The notes: a model not told the origin generated them from the letters alone. Positions 43,139 to 57,764 are shown, counted from the stretch's first letter. The stretch: DNA of 64,000 nt from Eledone cirrhosa (GCA_964016885.1 OZ024753.1:17546001-17610000), one strand, 5' to 3'. A program made the numbers and translations.

Positions 43139-45309
43139 ATGCGAAAACACAACATTGACTTCTCTACCAAGAACATCCCAATCCCACCGAAAAAACTTTA
43201 CCTTCGGATGCTCACGCAAAAAATCGATCTATTTGCGAAAAGACTTAGATGGAGAACTTTTTTCTATGACAGATATTGCGACAACCAAGACTTCGGCACC
43301 AAGGAGAGATTCGGATTTATTACCTACAAATCTCCGCCCCTGAACCCCTTGCTCGCACCCTTCGAGAATGACCTCTTCCAACTGGTCAAGAACATTAAAT
43401 TTAAACCCAGACACAACCGATTCCTACAAAAACTTCGTAGCAACTTAACAGAGTATGATAACTTAAATGACATCATGGTGCATTCGGATAAAACTGGGAA
43501 CCTATACTTTGTCAACCCTGACAGATACCACACACTGATCAGGAGCAGCCTAAACTCCACCTATAAAAAGGCCAACCACTCTTGCATCGAGGACATAAAT
43601 CGAGATGGACAACAAATCACCTCCAGCCTCGGGGTCGCCGACCGCACGGAACCTCTAGAACCACGGACACCATACTTCACACTGAAGGACCATAAATCCG
43701 ATTTTGACCGTAAACCCTCTATCAGGCTTATTAACCCAACGAAGTCCGACATAGGGATAACCAGCAAAAAAATCCTAGACCGCGTGATACCAAAAGTCAA
43801 GCAACACACCCGACTTAGCCTATGGATCAACACCCAGGAAGTAATCTCCTGGTTCAGCAATATGGAGGATAAATGAGAAACTAAATTCATACAGTTCGAC
43901 ATAGCTACTATGCTTCAATCACCTTACCGCTACTTACTGCCGCCTTGGACTTCGCCGAAACACTTGTGCCCATCACCGACCAGGAAAGAAAAATCATCCT
44001 CCACGCCAGGAAGACAGTCTTACTCTTTGACGACTCTAAATGGATAAAAAGAGCTCCCGACTCACCCTTCGACGTCAGCATGGGCGCCACGGACTCGGCG
44101 GAGGTCACAGACCTTATAGGATTATTCCTAATAGCCAAACTCACTGATATGTTTCCTGCATTCGGTGGTGGTTTGTACCGTGATGATGGGCTCCTTACCC
44201 TTAAAGGGTACAACCCCAGTAGTACAGATCGGGTCCGGAAACAATTAATCAGATTCTTCCGCGACTGGGGATTTAAAATAACCCTACAAACGTCCCTGAC
44301 CCGAGTAAACTTCCTGGACGTGACCCTCGACCTCGAACACGACCTGTACTACCCATACAGGAAACCTAATGACAATCTGCACTACATCCACCGCCGATCA
44401 AACCATCCTAGGAACATCACAAACAACCTGGTCAAAAACATCTCCCTCCGCATATCCCGTTTGTCAGCTAATGAGCGGATATTCGATGAACATGCGCCTT
44501 ATTACAACCAGGCCCTCAAGCGGAGTGGTTTCCGGGAGGAAATATCCTACTGTCCAGCTCCCATTAGCGGAACCAGCAGGAGACACCGCCGCTCACGCAA
44601 TGTAACATGGTTCAATCCTCCCCACAACGCAGAGGTGACAACTCCCATCGGGAAACTATTCTTTAGGCTCATTGAAAAACACTTCCCATTACAACACCGC
44701 TACCACAACATAATTAACAAAAATACCATCAAACTCTCTTACAGCACTACACCAAACTTCGCACAAAACATTGTCTCCTCTAACAACAAAAAACTCAACC
44801 CCGATGGCAGAAATAACCTAAATAGCAGTGGAGAACCGACCAGGAGGTGTAACTGCCCGGATAGATCTATTTGCCCACTCGACAATAGATGCAGAGACCG
44901 TAATGTGATCTACCAGTGCAACGTGAGGACGGATACCTCCAATAAAGCCTATATAGGACTTACCGCATGTGACTTCAAGACCCGGCTATACCAACATAGA
45001 CATACCTTCCGAAACCCGGCCCGGCGTCACGCCACTACACTTTCGGGCCACATATGGGACCTCAAGGACAACAACATCACCTATGATCTCACTTGGAGAT
45101 TACTGTCCAGAGCCAATTCTTACACGGGAGGACGCCGTCCGTGCAATTTATGCTCGGAGGAAACTTTACAAATGCTGTTTTCGACGGACCAACTCCTAAA
45201 CAAGAAAGATGAACTGGTCACTGCATGTAAACATAGATTGCGTAGGACTTACCTCGCCCTCAAACCCCATAATGACCCGGGGGGGGGGGGGGGTAGACTA
45301 GGGCTATGA
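43139..45309 (+). CDS. Penelope-like RT plus GIY-YIG endonuclease, interrupted by TGA at 43874 and a frameshift at about 43904
   Basis: MRKHNIDFSTKNIPIP, SDKTGN, IRLINP, FIQFDI, MGATDSAE, GGLYRDDGL, CNCPDRSICPLDNRC, IYQC...YIGLT, RLYQH and CNLCSEE. Confidence 0.9.
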
Positions 45310-46420
45310 CACCCCACTTGCGCATTTTGCAATGGGTAACCCCTGCTTGCCAAGGAAGACGTAAGATCTTCTTTGTATTCTTTTATCGCTTCCTTTATTT
45401 CCTTCCCCCCCTCTCTCCTTAGTCCTTCTACCCCAGCTCTTCTCCTTTGTCGGCGTCTTTTCTCGCCCACCCGAGGCTGCCCTTTGGCCCCATGTAGCCT
45501 TAGTACCCCCACCACCCCCTCCCCTAGTCTATGATAGATTTGGCGGACTCCGCCCTTTATAGCAGTTGGCTTAGACCCCGGATACTTGCCCCCTTTTTCC
45601 GACCGCTCCCACTATTCTCTGTGCCCTCTATATTTCTTAGTGGCACTTATGCCTTATTTTTTCGTTTCAGTATTTCTTGCTTCGCTTTTCTTCTGGGCGG
45701 GGTGGATTCTGAATTTATTTCTCCGTATTCTACCTTTATTTCGTACGAACTTTCATGTAGCTTGTTTTAGATCTTTTAGAGTTAGCATTAGTATATATTT
45801 TTCTCGGGACTCAGAATTATTATCTCGTACAAGTTCACTTTGCTGCACTGGGTCGTTGCTGGCCCGGGATGGAAACCTTTATTGTTTATTTCGTGGTAGT
45901 CTGTTTAGTATTTTGGCCCCTTTTGTTGACCTGTCACCGTATCATTTACGTACTTATACCCCTTAAAAGGGTCCTTGCCTATCTGTCCAACCTAGTTCTT
46001 TTACTTATTTCGTTATTTCTTTATTTCTTTCTTTCTTTACTTCTTTCTTTCTTTCTTTCTTTATTTTATTCTAGCCTAACAATAGCCTGAGACCTAGGTC
46101 GTAGAATTTAATTTACCTTACTTTTTTCTTTACACTTATTTGCTTTTCTTCACTCTCAGTATTTTTCCTTCCTATATATTTCTACCCCCCATTGTTCTAC
46201 CTACCGTTCCGACTTCCTCCCCCTCCCCCTCCCCTGTATCTTCTTTGACCTCATGCCCAGCTGTAGCTGGCACTACCAACGCTTGATTGGGTCTACTCCA
46301 CCCCCTCCACCCCCTCCCCTCTTTCTCCTACTGGCAGGTTTAGCCACCATCTCCCCTACTAATTTGCAACCACAGAATTACTACTGATTTTTGACAATCA
46401 CTTTGACCATATATGGAATT

Positions 46421-46514
46421 ACCCCTTGAGAAGATCGGCTATTTAAATACAAGGATAAATTTTCATTTAGTCCAGAATTAGCCGTCGAAACGGCTTGAGC
46501 TCAGCTGTCGGGGT
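46421..46514 (+). ncRNA. Hammerhead ribozyme (U3-A8 variant) in the 3' pseudo-LTR
   Basis: Identical to 42860-42953. Predicted cleavage is after C46509. Confidence 0.75.
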
Positions 46515-46526
46515 CTTACTGGTTCC

Positions 46527-46743
<217 letters not shown>

Positions 46744-46762
46744 ATACGTATATATATATGTA

Positions 46763-46803
<41 letters not shown>

Positions 46804-46820
46804 GTATATGTATATTTATA

Positions 46821-46890
<70 letters not shown>

Positions 46891-47052
46891 TATGTAGATA
46901 AATCTACCAAGAGTTTACGGTAGTGTCCAATCCGTATGAAGAACTCAATGTATTCCGGATATCATGGAAAGAAGAGATGTAATGAAAAATCACTTTCGGT
47001 GAAAGATAAACGGAATACAGAGTCAAGATAAAATATATTTTATATAAATATA

Positions 47053-47150
<98 letters not shown>

Positions 47151-47307
47151 GTATATATATGTATATATGTATATATATATGTATATATGTATATATATAT
47201 ATATATATGTATATGTATATATATATATATGTATATATATATGTATATATATATATATGTATATGTATATATATATATATGTATATATATATGTATATAT
47301 ATATATA

Positions 47308-47620
47308 TGGATTAGTGGTTAGAGCATTGGCCTTGCAATCGAAAGGTTGTGCGTTCAATTCTCAGACCGCTTGATGTGTTGTTTCCTTGAGCAAGACACT
47401 TTATTTCACATTGCTCCAGTTAACTCAGCTGTAATAATGAGATGATAGGACTGGGGTCCCTATCATTCCACTGCAAAGTGGTCGTGGAGGTGCCACGGTA
47501 AAAAAGTACACACCACTCACTGTAAATGAGGTTGGTGTTAGGAAGGGCATCCAGCTGTAGAAATCGAACCAGAACCTTGCAAGCAGGGAAAAGTGGACGT
47601 AAAGTGATGATGATGATATG
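47308..47620 (+). mobile_element. tRNA-derived SINE family B
   Basis: tagtggttagagcattggccttgcaatcgaaaggttgtgcgttcaattc head, ccttgagcaagacactttatttcac body, ggtgttaggaagggcatccagctgtagaaa and a (gat)n tail. Confidence 0.7.
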
Positions 47621-48274
47621 ACTACGTTCGTATGAACACACACGCACGCACACACACACATACGCACATACATATACAGATATATATATCACGATATTCC
47701 TATACATTAGGATTAGCAAATCATTCTATTCAGCCTTCAACAGGTCACGTGGAATTAAGAGCCCTGATGACTCGCAGAGATACATTTAATCTTATGTATG
47801 CGAGGACATCAAATATCCGGGTTATTTTCTTCATATTTTTTTGTTTCAAACGTAATAACGACTTACATTGGTAGATTCTTAATATTAAATATAATACCCA
47901 ATGTGTATTTCTCCGTCATGCAAAGGGAGATAACTCATCTACGTATGAGTATATAAATATAAACACATACAAAAGAGACACATCATACAAAACTATGATG
48001 ACATACACATACATCTATGTGATGAGTGTGGAAGGAAGGGGGTTGTGACAAACTATAGAAAACAGCGAATAATGTGTGTTTTTTATAATATCAACTATAA
48101 GTCATGGCCTGCTTTCTATGGTTTTAAGTTGTACAAGTTTAGGTCGGTTTCACTAATGGAGGGTAAAATTGAAAAGAAACGGGGTTTAGCGAGAGAAAGA
48201 CATAAACATTTTTATAGTGAATTAATATTTGACAACACGGGGTCAACAAGTTACATAATATAATTGTTTCTACA

Positions 48275-48328
48275 GTGTTCTAAATAGCTTGACAAGTCAT
48301 GCATGACTTGGCAAGCTATTTAGAACAC
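48275..48328. repeat. 54-bp near-perfect hairpin/palindrome
   Basis: gtgttctaaatagcttgacaagtcatg|catgacttggcaagctatttagaacac. Confidence 0.85.
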
Positions 48329-48614
48329 CGGTTTAACCGCTTTACTTCCCTCCGAAGAAGAGATATTATCTCGGAAAGTAAGCACAAATTAAGGACATTT
48401 TAATAAATCTAAGGTAAAAGACTAATTGTCAACAATATCTTTTGCATTTGCATTTTTATTCTATGACCATACCTGCGTTGTTTGGCTTTACAAATTCAAA
48501 CGTTTATATATATATATATATGAGAGAATACATGAAAAGAATAGGTTTTCATAACAGGGTGTATGTTACCACTAGATTGAAAGACATAAAAACTAAGAAA
48601 GGTACAGGAAATAT

Positions 48615-49403
48615 GACATCCAGTGCAGCCTGGCCTCAGGCAGGCTAACGTAGCGGCTCGACCAGCAACGCCTCGCCTGTTTTCGTGCGGCCTCCAAACC
48701 CCACAGTGGTGCCTGATTCCATGCCCTGCCCTCCTTCTCCACTGGTACGCAGCTAGGTAACAATGGCCTGCGCATCGGCGTTTCCTTGAGGCTCGGACTC
48801 CGGATCTGCGAGCCACACCCATGTCGCTGCAGATCCACCGTGGACTCTTTCGGCCTCCACCCGCTTTCCTGTCGGCACAGTGCCAGCCGCCTTCCACGCC
48901 ATGCTGCCATCAACGATGTCATAAAGCATGGCTTGGACGCTGCAGGCTTCCCTTCCCAGCTCGAGCCGGTGCGGCTGGACAGAGGGGACGGCAAAAGACC
49001 AGCTGGCATGACCATCTTCCCGTTCTGCGGAGGCAAACCCCTCGTCTGGAATGCCACTTGTACCGACACTTTCTGCAGCCGCAACCCGGTGCAATCTGCG
49101 ACTAACCCAGATTCTGCTGCACGTCGGGCTGAGGAGGCCAAACTCCTCAAATACCAGTCGCTCTCCGACAGGTTTGCGGTTGCACCCTTGGCAGTAGAGA
49201 CTTCTGGTGTCCTCAGCACTAGGGCTACCTCCCTACTCATCACCATAGGCGCTGAGCTGGCCAGCCGCAGGTGTGAGCCTCACGAGTTGGAGTGGCTTTT
49301 CCAGCGCATCTCCCTTGCCATCCTCCGGGGAAACGCCTTCTCCATTCTATCCGTCGGGGCTGTGGGGAGACAAGCTGATAATATTACGAATTGTGTTGAA
49401 TAG
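48615..49403 (+). mobile_element. 3' fragment of a CRE-like non-LTR retrotransposon (CCHC knuckle plus restriction-like endonuclease)
   Basis: ORF 48786-49403 has C.C...D..G.H...C, RH..IND, GDGKRP(A)G, VW(N)AT and PLAVETSG, with the expected catalytic Asp positions substituted. Confidence 0.75.
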
Positions 49404-49536
49404 TCTTAAACAGATTAAAGCGTATCCTACCAGGATCAGCTGAAAGGTTCATTGGCTGTACCCTATCAAACTGATTAATAAAGAGGCCGGAACAATTTCC
49501 GTTGCTTCATATATTGTGTTGTTTACTATATCATTA

Positions 49537-49588
<52 letters not shown>

Positions 49589-49786
49589 AAAAAGAGATGA
49601 AATCGAAAATGCAACTGGAGTCTTATTTTTTTTAAAAATATATATATTTATTTGGTTCCTTTACCGGTTTCGCAGTTCGATTTCATCTCTTTCGATTTCA
49701 TCTCTTTCGATTTCATCTCTTTTTCTTTATACTTTCACTCGTGTAGGACACCTCAGTTATTTTTCATTTTGTAAAGAAAACCTCAC

Positions 49787-49873
<87 letters not shown>

Positions 49874-49876
49874 TAT

Positions 49877-50013
49877 ATAGGAACGAGTATACCCCCGACG
49901 GCTGAGCTCAGCCGTCGGGGTCCTACTCGTTCCTATTACCCACTCTACTACCCTAAGTATTGAGTACTTTGGTGCGTTATGGTCCACCTGGTTCCTTACC
50001 ACATTTCCTTCGT

Positions 50014-50015
<2 letters not shown>
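49877..50015 (+). mobile_element. Short Penelope family-1-related tail fragment with a fold-back at hammerhead stem III
   Basis: Matches 42929-43047. 49877-49936 is a palindrome centred on gag|ctc. Confidence 0.85.
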
Positions 50016-50063
<48 letters not shown>

Positions 50064-50224
50064 ATTTAATGATATAGTAAACAACACAATACAATTATTC
50101 CATTACCCGAAGTTTTAAGAAGTTAGAAGATTCTAACAGAAAGGCCTGGTTCGTTCATCAGATAAAATATTTATGTTATGGATATAAGATATCAAATTAA
50201 AATCTATTTCCTTTACCTTTTCTA

Positions 50225-50565
50225 CGGAATTACTTAACACAATGCTGAGGATGGCTCTGAACATTAATCAGTATACACTGAGGATGAAAAACTCAGAGCT
50301 GTATGGGAGCCTTCCAAAAGTAGGCTCAGAGGAAACTGAGGTTAGCTGGACAAGCTCACCAACATCCAGAGTTGACATTGCACTCAGTGCTCCTGTGGGG
50401 GCCCCTACATGGACACACTGGAAGATGAAGACCAAGGTTAACGTATGTTGATGCCCTAAGGACAGACACTGGTCTGTTGGAGACACAGGACATGTGGCAG
50501 CGATAATGAGGGACAGAGATCGCTGCAGGGAACTCGTCCATGGATCTCTGGAATTTGACCCGCCC
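50225..50565 (+). mobile_element. RTE-like LINE 3' fragment
   Basis: MLRMALNI..LYGSLPKV, then after a shift LRLAG..HPELTLH.VLLW.P.HG..R.RPRLTYVDAL.TDTGL..MRDR. Confidence 0.65.
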
Positions 50566-50591
50566 TATATATATGTATATATATATATATA

Positions 50592-51251
50592 TAGTATTAA
50601 GGATACTATTTATAGTTATGTATATTTTAAACTATAAACAGGGAAGGTCAGTAATGTATTACTACCTTATTACCAGTAAGATAAATAGCTCAATGTAAGA
50701 ACATCAGCATACCTACTTCCGGATAATAAACCGCTGTAAATTCTCGCAGCAGAAAGAACCTATTCTATAAATATGGATTAAATAACACTGAGCCTCAATA
50801 CGTTACAATCCTTTACAACATCAAACATTCAATACGAATTCATCGTAGCATATGTGATGGATGTGAAAACCATAACCCCCTTTTTCTGGATGTGATAATG
50901 GTGGTGGATATGAAAACTATAACTTTCTTTTTCTGCACACATACTAATTTGATCTATACAAAAAATACGCCCCCCCCCCCCCCCAACAGCAACCACCATA
51001 ATACTCTTGCGTACCCGCTTAAAGTGCTTGCATTACATTTAACACCTTGCCACACAATACTCTTATATAAACGAGACACGCTTGCATGCTCTATATATGA
51101 CTAACGCATACACTATCTACTAGATCTGATTATTGAACTATTCTCTTGCATTATCTGTGTTATCTGCCGCATGTATTTTAATTTTGATTTTAAATTTGAA
51201 TTACTGTACACATATAGTATAGTATAATCTATGTCACTCCACTGTACATCA

Positions 51252-51287
<36 letters not shown>

Positions 51288-51428
51288 ATGTATGTCTCTT
51301 GCGTTGGATAGGAGGTCAATTATATGTATAAGCATAAAAAAATGCTCCGAAGAATCCAAGCCTAGGTTTGGATGAAACAATTGTAAGGGAATAAATGTTT
51401 TGAACATAGCTTTGATCCTTGTGAATTA
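50592..51428. mobile_element. Inverted-structure fragment related to the Penelope family-2 3' region
   Basis: 50592-50710 resembles 16892-17040 and 51340-51425 resembles the reverse complement of 17065-17150. It includes the hammerhead-like motif tgct-ccgaaga-atccaa..ttggat-gaaa-caattg-ta-ag (51343-51389). Confidence 0.65.
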
Positions 51429-51448
51429 TATATATATAAATATATATA

Positions 51449-51515
<67 letters not shown>

Positions 51516-51696
51516 TATACTCGTGTGTAGTCGACGTTAGGCAGGTCTGGTGGGCAGGAATCCGGTTTGTGGTATTTTATGGATCCTACGACACCCATCT
51601 ATGGGGCGGTCGTGACCACGTGTGGTCGGTGGAGACCTTGATATGAAACCTCACTTTGCTTTTGTTTTCAATAAATACACACATACAAATGCACAT

Positions 51697-51740
<44 letters not shown>

Positions 51741-52543
51741 GTGTATATATCTGTACGTATGCTTTCGTGTGTGCGTGTGAGGCCAATAGCATTTGTTTGT
51801 ATGTATTTGTGTCTGCAATTTTAACGTGTGATGTTTTACAAACAATATTCTCCATCTCAACTCTGGCTTAGTAAATATTTTTAGACGAACTTCAGTACTT
51901 TTATTTGCCTTCAGATGAAAAGTAATTTAACATCGATTCATATAACAGCAGATTAAATAGATTCGTAAAAATGGTTCTGAAATTTCAACAATATTTTCAG
52001 ATGAGACTATATATAGCGTCTGTATATTGAGGCATTGAAATTAACTGACAAAGAGAACAATATTGAAAAGATAAAAAAAAACAACAACGTACGAATTGTT
52101 AGAAACTAAGTATTAAGACATAATCGTTAATAAACTTGATCAATATATTAATCTAAGAACTGATTTCTAAGAATAGCATCATATTATATTATGCATTGGT
52201 CGATGATAAATATCACCGAAAAGGAAATACCGTATGCAAATACATGTAATAAAGATTGTAATGATGAAAGTGAGAATGATTAGGATCGATATCGAATCAT
52301 TTCGCATTAGATAACGGAAAGTTGTTGTTTAGCAAATGAACGCTGACTACCAGCATAAACAGCAGATATTGAAAAACATAAAAGCAACACACGCATTCAA
52401 GACAACACATCCGCATAGACTCACGTGCAGAAACGAATACACACACACACACACACACACACATACGCACCACACACACATATATACATATATATACATA
52501 TATATATACATATATATAAACATATATATACATATATATATAC

Positions 52544-52574
<31 letters not shown>

Positions 52575-52586
52575 GGAAAATGTATG

Positions 52587-52665
52587 ACCCACTCTACTAC
52601 CCTAAGTATTGAGTACTCTGGTGCGCTATGGTCCATCTGGTTCCTTACCACAAATCCTTCGTTAT
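52587..52665 (+). mobile_element. Penelope family-1 tail fragment in (TA)n
   Basis: Matches 42970-43048 and ends at ccttcgttat|ATAT. Confidence 0.8.
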
Positions 52666-52668
52666 ATA

Positions 52669-52708
<40 letters not shown>

Positions 52709-52827
52709 ATATATATATATATATATATTTATTTCATTAAGGAGGCTAAATAGTATTTAGCCTCAATAAAATGAATGTTCAAACTCTACTTCGGTATTGA
52801 GTAATCTTTTCTCTCAGCCGTCAACTT

Positions 52828-52865
<38 letters not shown>

Positions 52866-52926
52866 CTTTTTTTAAAAATCATTTACCTGTTCCAGCCATC
52901 CGGATGAGGCCATGCTCGGACACCAC

Positions 52927-52993
<67 letters not shown>

Positions 52994-53159
52994 GGGAAGA
53001 CGTATGTATATTTTTTGATAATTTGTAATATATTTTACATAGATCACTAATAGAATGAACATACAGAGAACTACCCCCCAGAAACGATCGTAAAATAATG
53101 AGTTTTATTATCAATTATCCGTATTTTGTTTAATTTCATTGTTTTCACTATTTGTATTA

Positions 53160-53230
<71 letters not shown>

Positions 53231-53260
53231 AAAGAATAGAGGTGTAACACACAAGTTATT

Positions 53261-53756
<496 letters not shown>

Positions 53757-54167
53757 GCTACTTATGGTAGAGATAAGATAATGAACACATGTTGTAGAGT
53801 ATAATTGTTATATTTCTTCGAGTGTTGCCATTTGTTCTATTATTTGGAGCTTTGCACATTTCTTCAGATGACAGCCTATAGCAAAACACAAACCAATGAA
53901 ACAATCTTATGAAACCATCTCACGTGTGAGCTTTCAAAATCATCCGCAACATCCTTTATCCATTTTCTAAATGGATGTTGATTAAAGGGTCTTCTTTCTA
54001 AATTCTCCCCACGTATTTAGAAATCGTTGAAAGAGGATATAATATTGTACTTAAACTGTAGGCTTAATCCCTACAGGGGCGCTTTCTGCATTTAGGTATG
54101 ATGCATCATCTGGTTCGTAGTACTCTAGTCCTTCATTCGTAGAAGCTGTCCACTCCCACGTAAACAG

Positions 54168-54327
54168 ATCTTATGTACCACTGACTCTCTTTCCCCAAAA
54201 CTCTACGTCTAGAGATCGTGACTATAAGCGGACATTTAGAATATGTCTTTATGTACCACTGCCTCTCTTCCCCAAAACTCTACGTCTTGAGATCGTGACT
54301 ATAAGCGGACATTTAGAAGATGTCTTA
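54168..54327. repeat. Tandem duplication of about 80 bp
   Basis: ttatgtaccactg..gtgactataagcggacatttagaa occurs twice. Confidence 0.85.
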
Positions 54328-54462
54328 ATATTATCTGAATATTTATATTATGTTTGTTGTGGACATTTTTTAAGGGAAATAAAAAAGAGAAATGAATATA
54401 GTAGCATGGTAAACAGTAACTTTTCTTAATTTTCTGTTGCCATCTTCAGAACCATGATGAAA

Positions 54463-54720
54463 TACTCTCCTTTCTGTAGAACCACCCTCCTTTCTGTAGA
54501 ACTACCCTCCTTTCTGAAGAACTACCCTCCTTTCTGAAGAACTACCCTCCTTTCTGAAGAATTACCCTCCTTTCTGATGAAATACCCTCCTTTCTGATGA
54601 AATACCCTCCTTTTTGTAGAACTACCCTCCTTTCTGAAGAACTACCCACCTTTCTGTAGAAATACCCTCTTTTCTGTAGAAATACCCTCCTATCTGTAGA
54701 AATACCCTCCTTTTGGAAGA
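54463..54720. repeat. 20-bp minisatellite (taccctcctttctgaagaac)n
   Basis: About 13 units. Confidence 0.9.
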
Positions 54721-55400
54721 AACAAATATTTACCATCTAAACAGTATCACTGTCTTGGTCTGCTACCCAGGTAAACAAACTTGACTCCAACTTTCAGTTC
54801 TGTTCCTTCACATTAAAGAGAAGGTTTCATGAATGTATATCATGGTGTTTGCTGGAATAATACAATGGTGAAATCCCAATATAATCCAGAAATATTTGTA
54901 ATTCTGTAGTCGTATATGCAAATAAACTCGAATAATCTACATAAATTATCAGAAATGAGCGATTGAAATACTTCCACTCTGGCAGAAGGAAACAATACAA
55001 ATTGAAGTGACTACCTGATGTTCGGTACTAGATTTCTAAAACAGAAATACAATTACTGGCAAAATATGAGAGAGAGTAACATACAATGGTAAGATAGCTG
55101 GAGTAAGGATATCATAGAGTATGTTACCATTTCCTATATAATATATATATATATATTGTTATACTTTGGGAGGGTCATGTTGCCAATAAAAACACACGCA
55201 CCAGTTACTTTCACTCCAATTTATTATAAATTAAATTATAAATTTAAAAATTTATAAATTTCCGGTTGGTTGGTTGGTTCCACAACCGGACGGTTGTTCA
55301 TATATTGTCAAAGTTCTTTCGTCACACATTCTGTGACCTCTTCAGTGACGGGATTCTTTTCTTTGTTTTGTGCTTCTCCTTTGTTCTGTCATACGCCATC

Positions 55401-55499
<99 letters not shown>

Positions 55500-55516
55500 A
55501 TATATTATCTAAGTTT

Positions 55517-55980
55517 GTATACGTACATACATATATGTATACAGACACACAACAGTATGTATATACATACACACATGCACACACATATATATGTACGTAT
55601 GGGTTCACCGAACATTCACTACAATGCTCAGCCTGTCTGTAAACAAACAGCCCGATTCATTAGCCGTACAGTGTTGGGAAACCATCGTTGCCCCTTTGTT
55701 CAACCCTGACAAAGGAACGATGAACTAGTTTCTAACTTATTACCTGACATCAGCACCGTATACCTTCCTGTACGTCTAATGATTCGGGCAGTTTGTTTAC
55801 AGACAGGCCGAGCATTGTAGTAAATGTTCGGTGAACCCATACGTACATATATAAGTGTGTGCATGTGTGTATGTATATACATACTGCTGTGCGTCTGTAT
55901 ACATATATGTATGTACGTATACATACTTATATTTAAGTATCAGCCGTACTAAGAGTGAGAAATGAAATTTCATTTTTTCC
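55517..55980. mobile_element. Fold-back copy of the family seen at 26091-27103
   Basis: Arms 55517-55670 and 55768-55923 with a spacer of about 97 bp. Confidence 0.7.
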
Positions 55981-56199
55981 ATTATTATTATCATTAATCT
56001 TATTATTGGTCGTTGAAGCAAATGGAGGTACTATCGTGAGCTCGTAAGTTTTTTTTTCTACAGTTTGAAATACGTTTGTCATTAATATTTTTGTTTCAAA
56101 CGGAAAATAAGTCTTTGCCCCCCTAAAAGGACTTCCCATAATATTTGGGCCAAAATGTCAAAATATTAAAACTTTGTGTGTTTAAAAGAAAGTTTTATC

Positions 56200-57718
56200 A
56201 AAAAAACACATGGCGAAGCCACGAACCCCAACTTTCAGTTTGCTGTCTTGCGAGAGCGAGTCAACCTTTGAGGCTAATAACGCTGCCCCTCCAGCAATAA
56301 TTTTAAAATGTAACACCTCAGGCAATATCGCCAACACCAGCACCAACAACAGTGTAAACTAAAATGACCACAGCAGGACAGCCACATGACCAAAAACAGT
56401 AAAAAAAAAAAACAGTCGTCAACAAGAACGACAAAAGCATCAGCAACAACAACGACAGGAATATTAACGACAACTGCAATAATGACAACAACACCAACAA
56501 CAGAAAGAACGACAACAAAGGCAACAATATCAACAACAGTGACAACCACAGCAACAACAACAATAACAATAGCAGCAGCAACAATATCAACGAAAACAAC
56601 AACGAAATTAGCACAACTAACCAGAACATAAACAGCGAGAGCACCAACAGCAACAATACCAACTGCACCGAGAACTACAACAATGGCGGCACCAAATATA
56701 TAACCAACTCCAGCAGTGATAACAGCAACAACACCAACAAGAACAACGAGGGAACGAAAGCTGTTCGATGGGCCCGCGTGGCAGAGGCGCAGCGTGGTAA
56801 TAAAACCACGATTCGGTCTTTGACGGACCGAGACGGACACGAGCTGAGGGATTCCAAGTGGATGTGTGAGGCCTTTCGCCAACATTTTGCTCGTTTTTTC
56901 GGGGGAAGTGGCGGGTCAGAGACGGTGGCGGATTCCAGTCCCTAACTCGATGGCTTGCCGCAACTCTCGACGGCCGACGCTGAGCCCTGCGAAAGGCCGA
57001 TTACTTCAGCCGAGATTCAGGATGCCCTTGTCGGCTGCATGAGGCGCAAGTCACCCAGTTTGGATGGTCTGAAATACGAGCTTTACGTAAATATGCCAGA
57101 CTTGTTCTCCGATCTCCTCGAAGCACTCTACAGCAACTGGCAGCAGAACGGGAGTAATCCGAGTTCTGTGAGCCGGGGCGTAGTGACGCTGATAATGAAA
57201 GACGAGAACAATAGGGACATATTAGATAACTTCAGGCCCATAACTCTGCTCAACACAGAGTTTAAGATTTTTGCCAAGGTGTTAGCGAAGATGACGGTGC
57301 TTGCCGTCGAGGATTTGGTTGGGGAGGCGCAAACATCTGGACAACATCACCGTGATGGTGTCGAACACCTCAGAAACCGACGTGGTCGGCAACTTATTGG
57401 AGGAATATGAAAGGTTGACGGAAGCAAAACTTATTCCAGAAAGGTCGGTGGGCTTGCAACTCGGCACCTAGAGAGGCATGTCCATGCCGTCCAACAGCGT
57501 CGTTGGGCGCTGGACGGATGGACCGGTAAAGTTGCTCGCGGTTTGGTTCGGCCCAGCCCTCCAGGTGGATAAGAATTGGGACGAGGTAAACTCTACAGGC
57601 ACGGAAGTGCTGTCAGACGGACCTGCTCGAGATGCGCGCAGAGCGACGAAACCGTTCTGCACGCACTCATCCAGTGTCGGTGCATTACTGACTTGTGGAT
57701 TTATGTCGAACAGCTGTA
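56200..57718 (+). mobile_element. Old, multiply deleted relative of the Tx1-like LINE
   Basis: An Asn/Thr-rich ORF1-like start is joined at about 56745 to an ORF2 segment homologous to 8233-8825, followed by pieces homologous to about 9240-9480 and 10200-10290. Confidence 0.8.
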
Positions 57719-57764
57719 AATAAACCCTATTGTACAGCCGGTGATGTTATTCTTCATTCTTATG

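Noticed and set aside
43874-43876. In-frame TGA in the Penelope ORF as possible selenocysteine, as in some Naiad elements
   Set aside because: The position is not Cys in the family-2 homologue, a frameshift follows about 30 nt later, and CGA>TGA decay is the simpler explanation. No SECIS element was identified.
47308-47370. tRNA gene
   Set aside because: The tRNA-like head continues into a SINE body and no acceptor stem forms.
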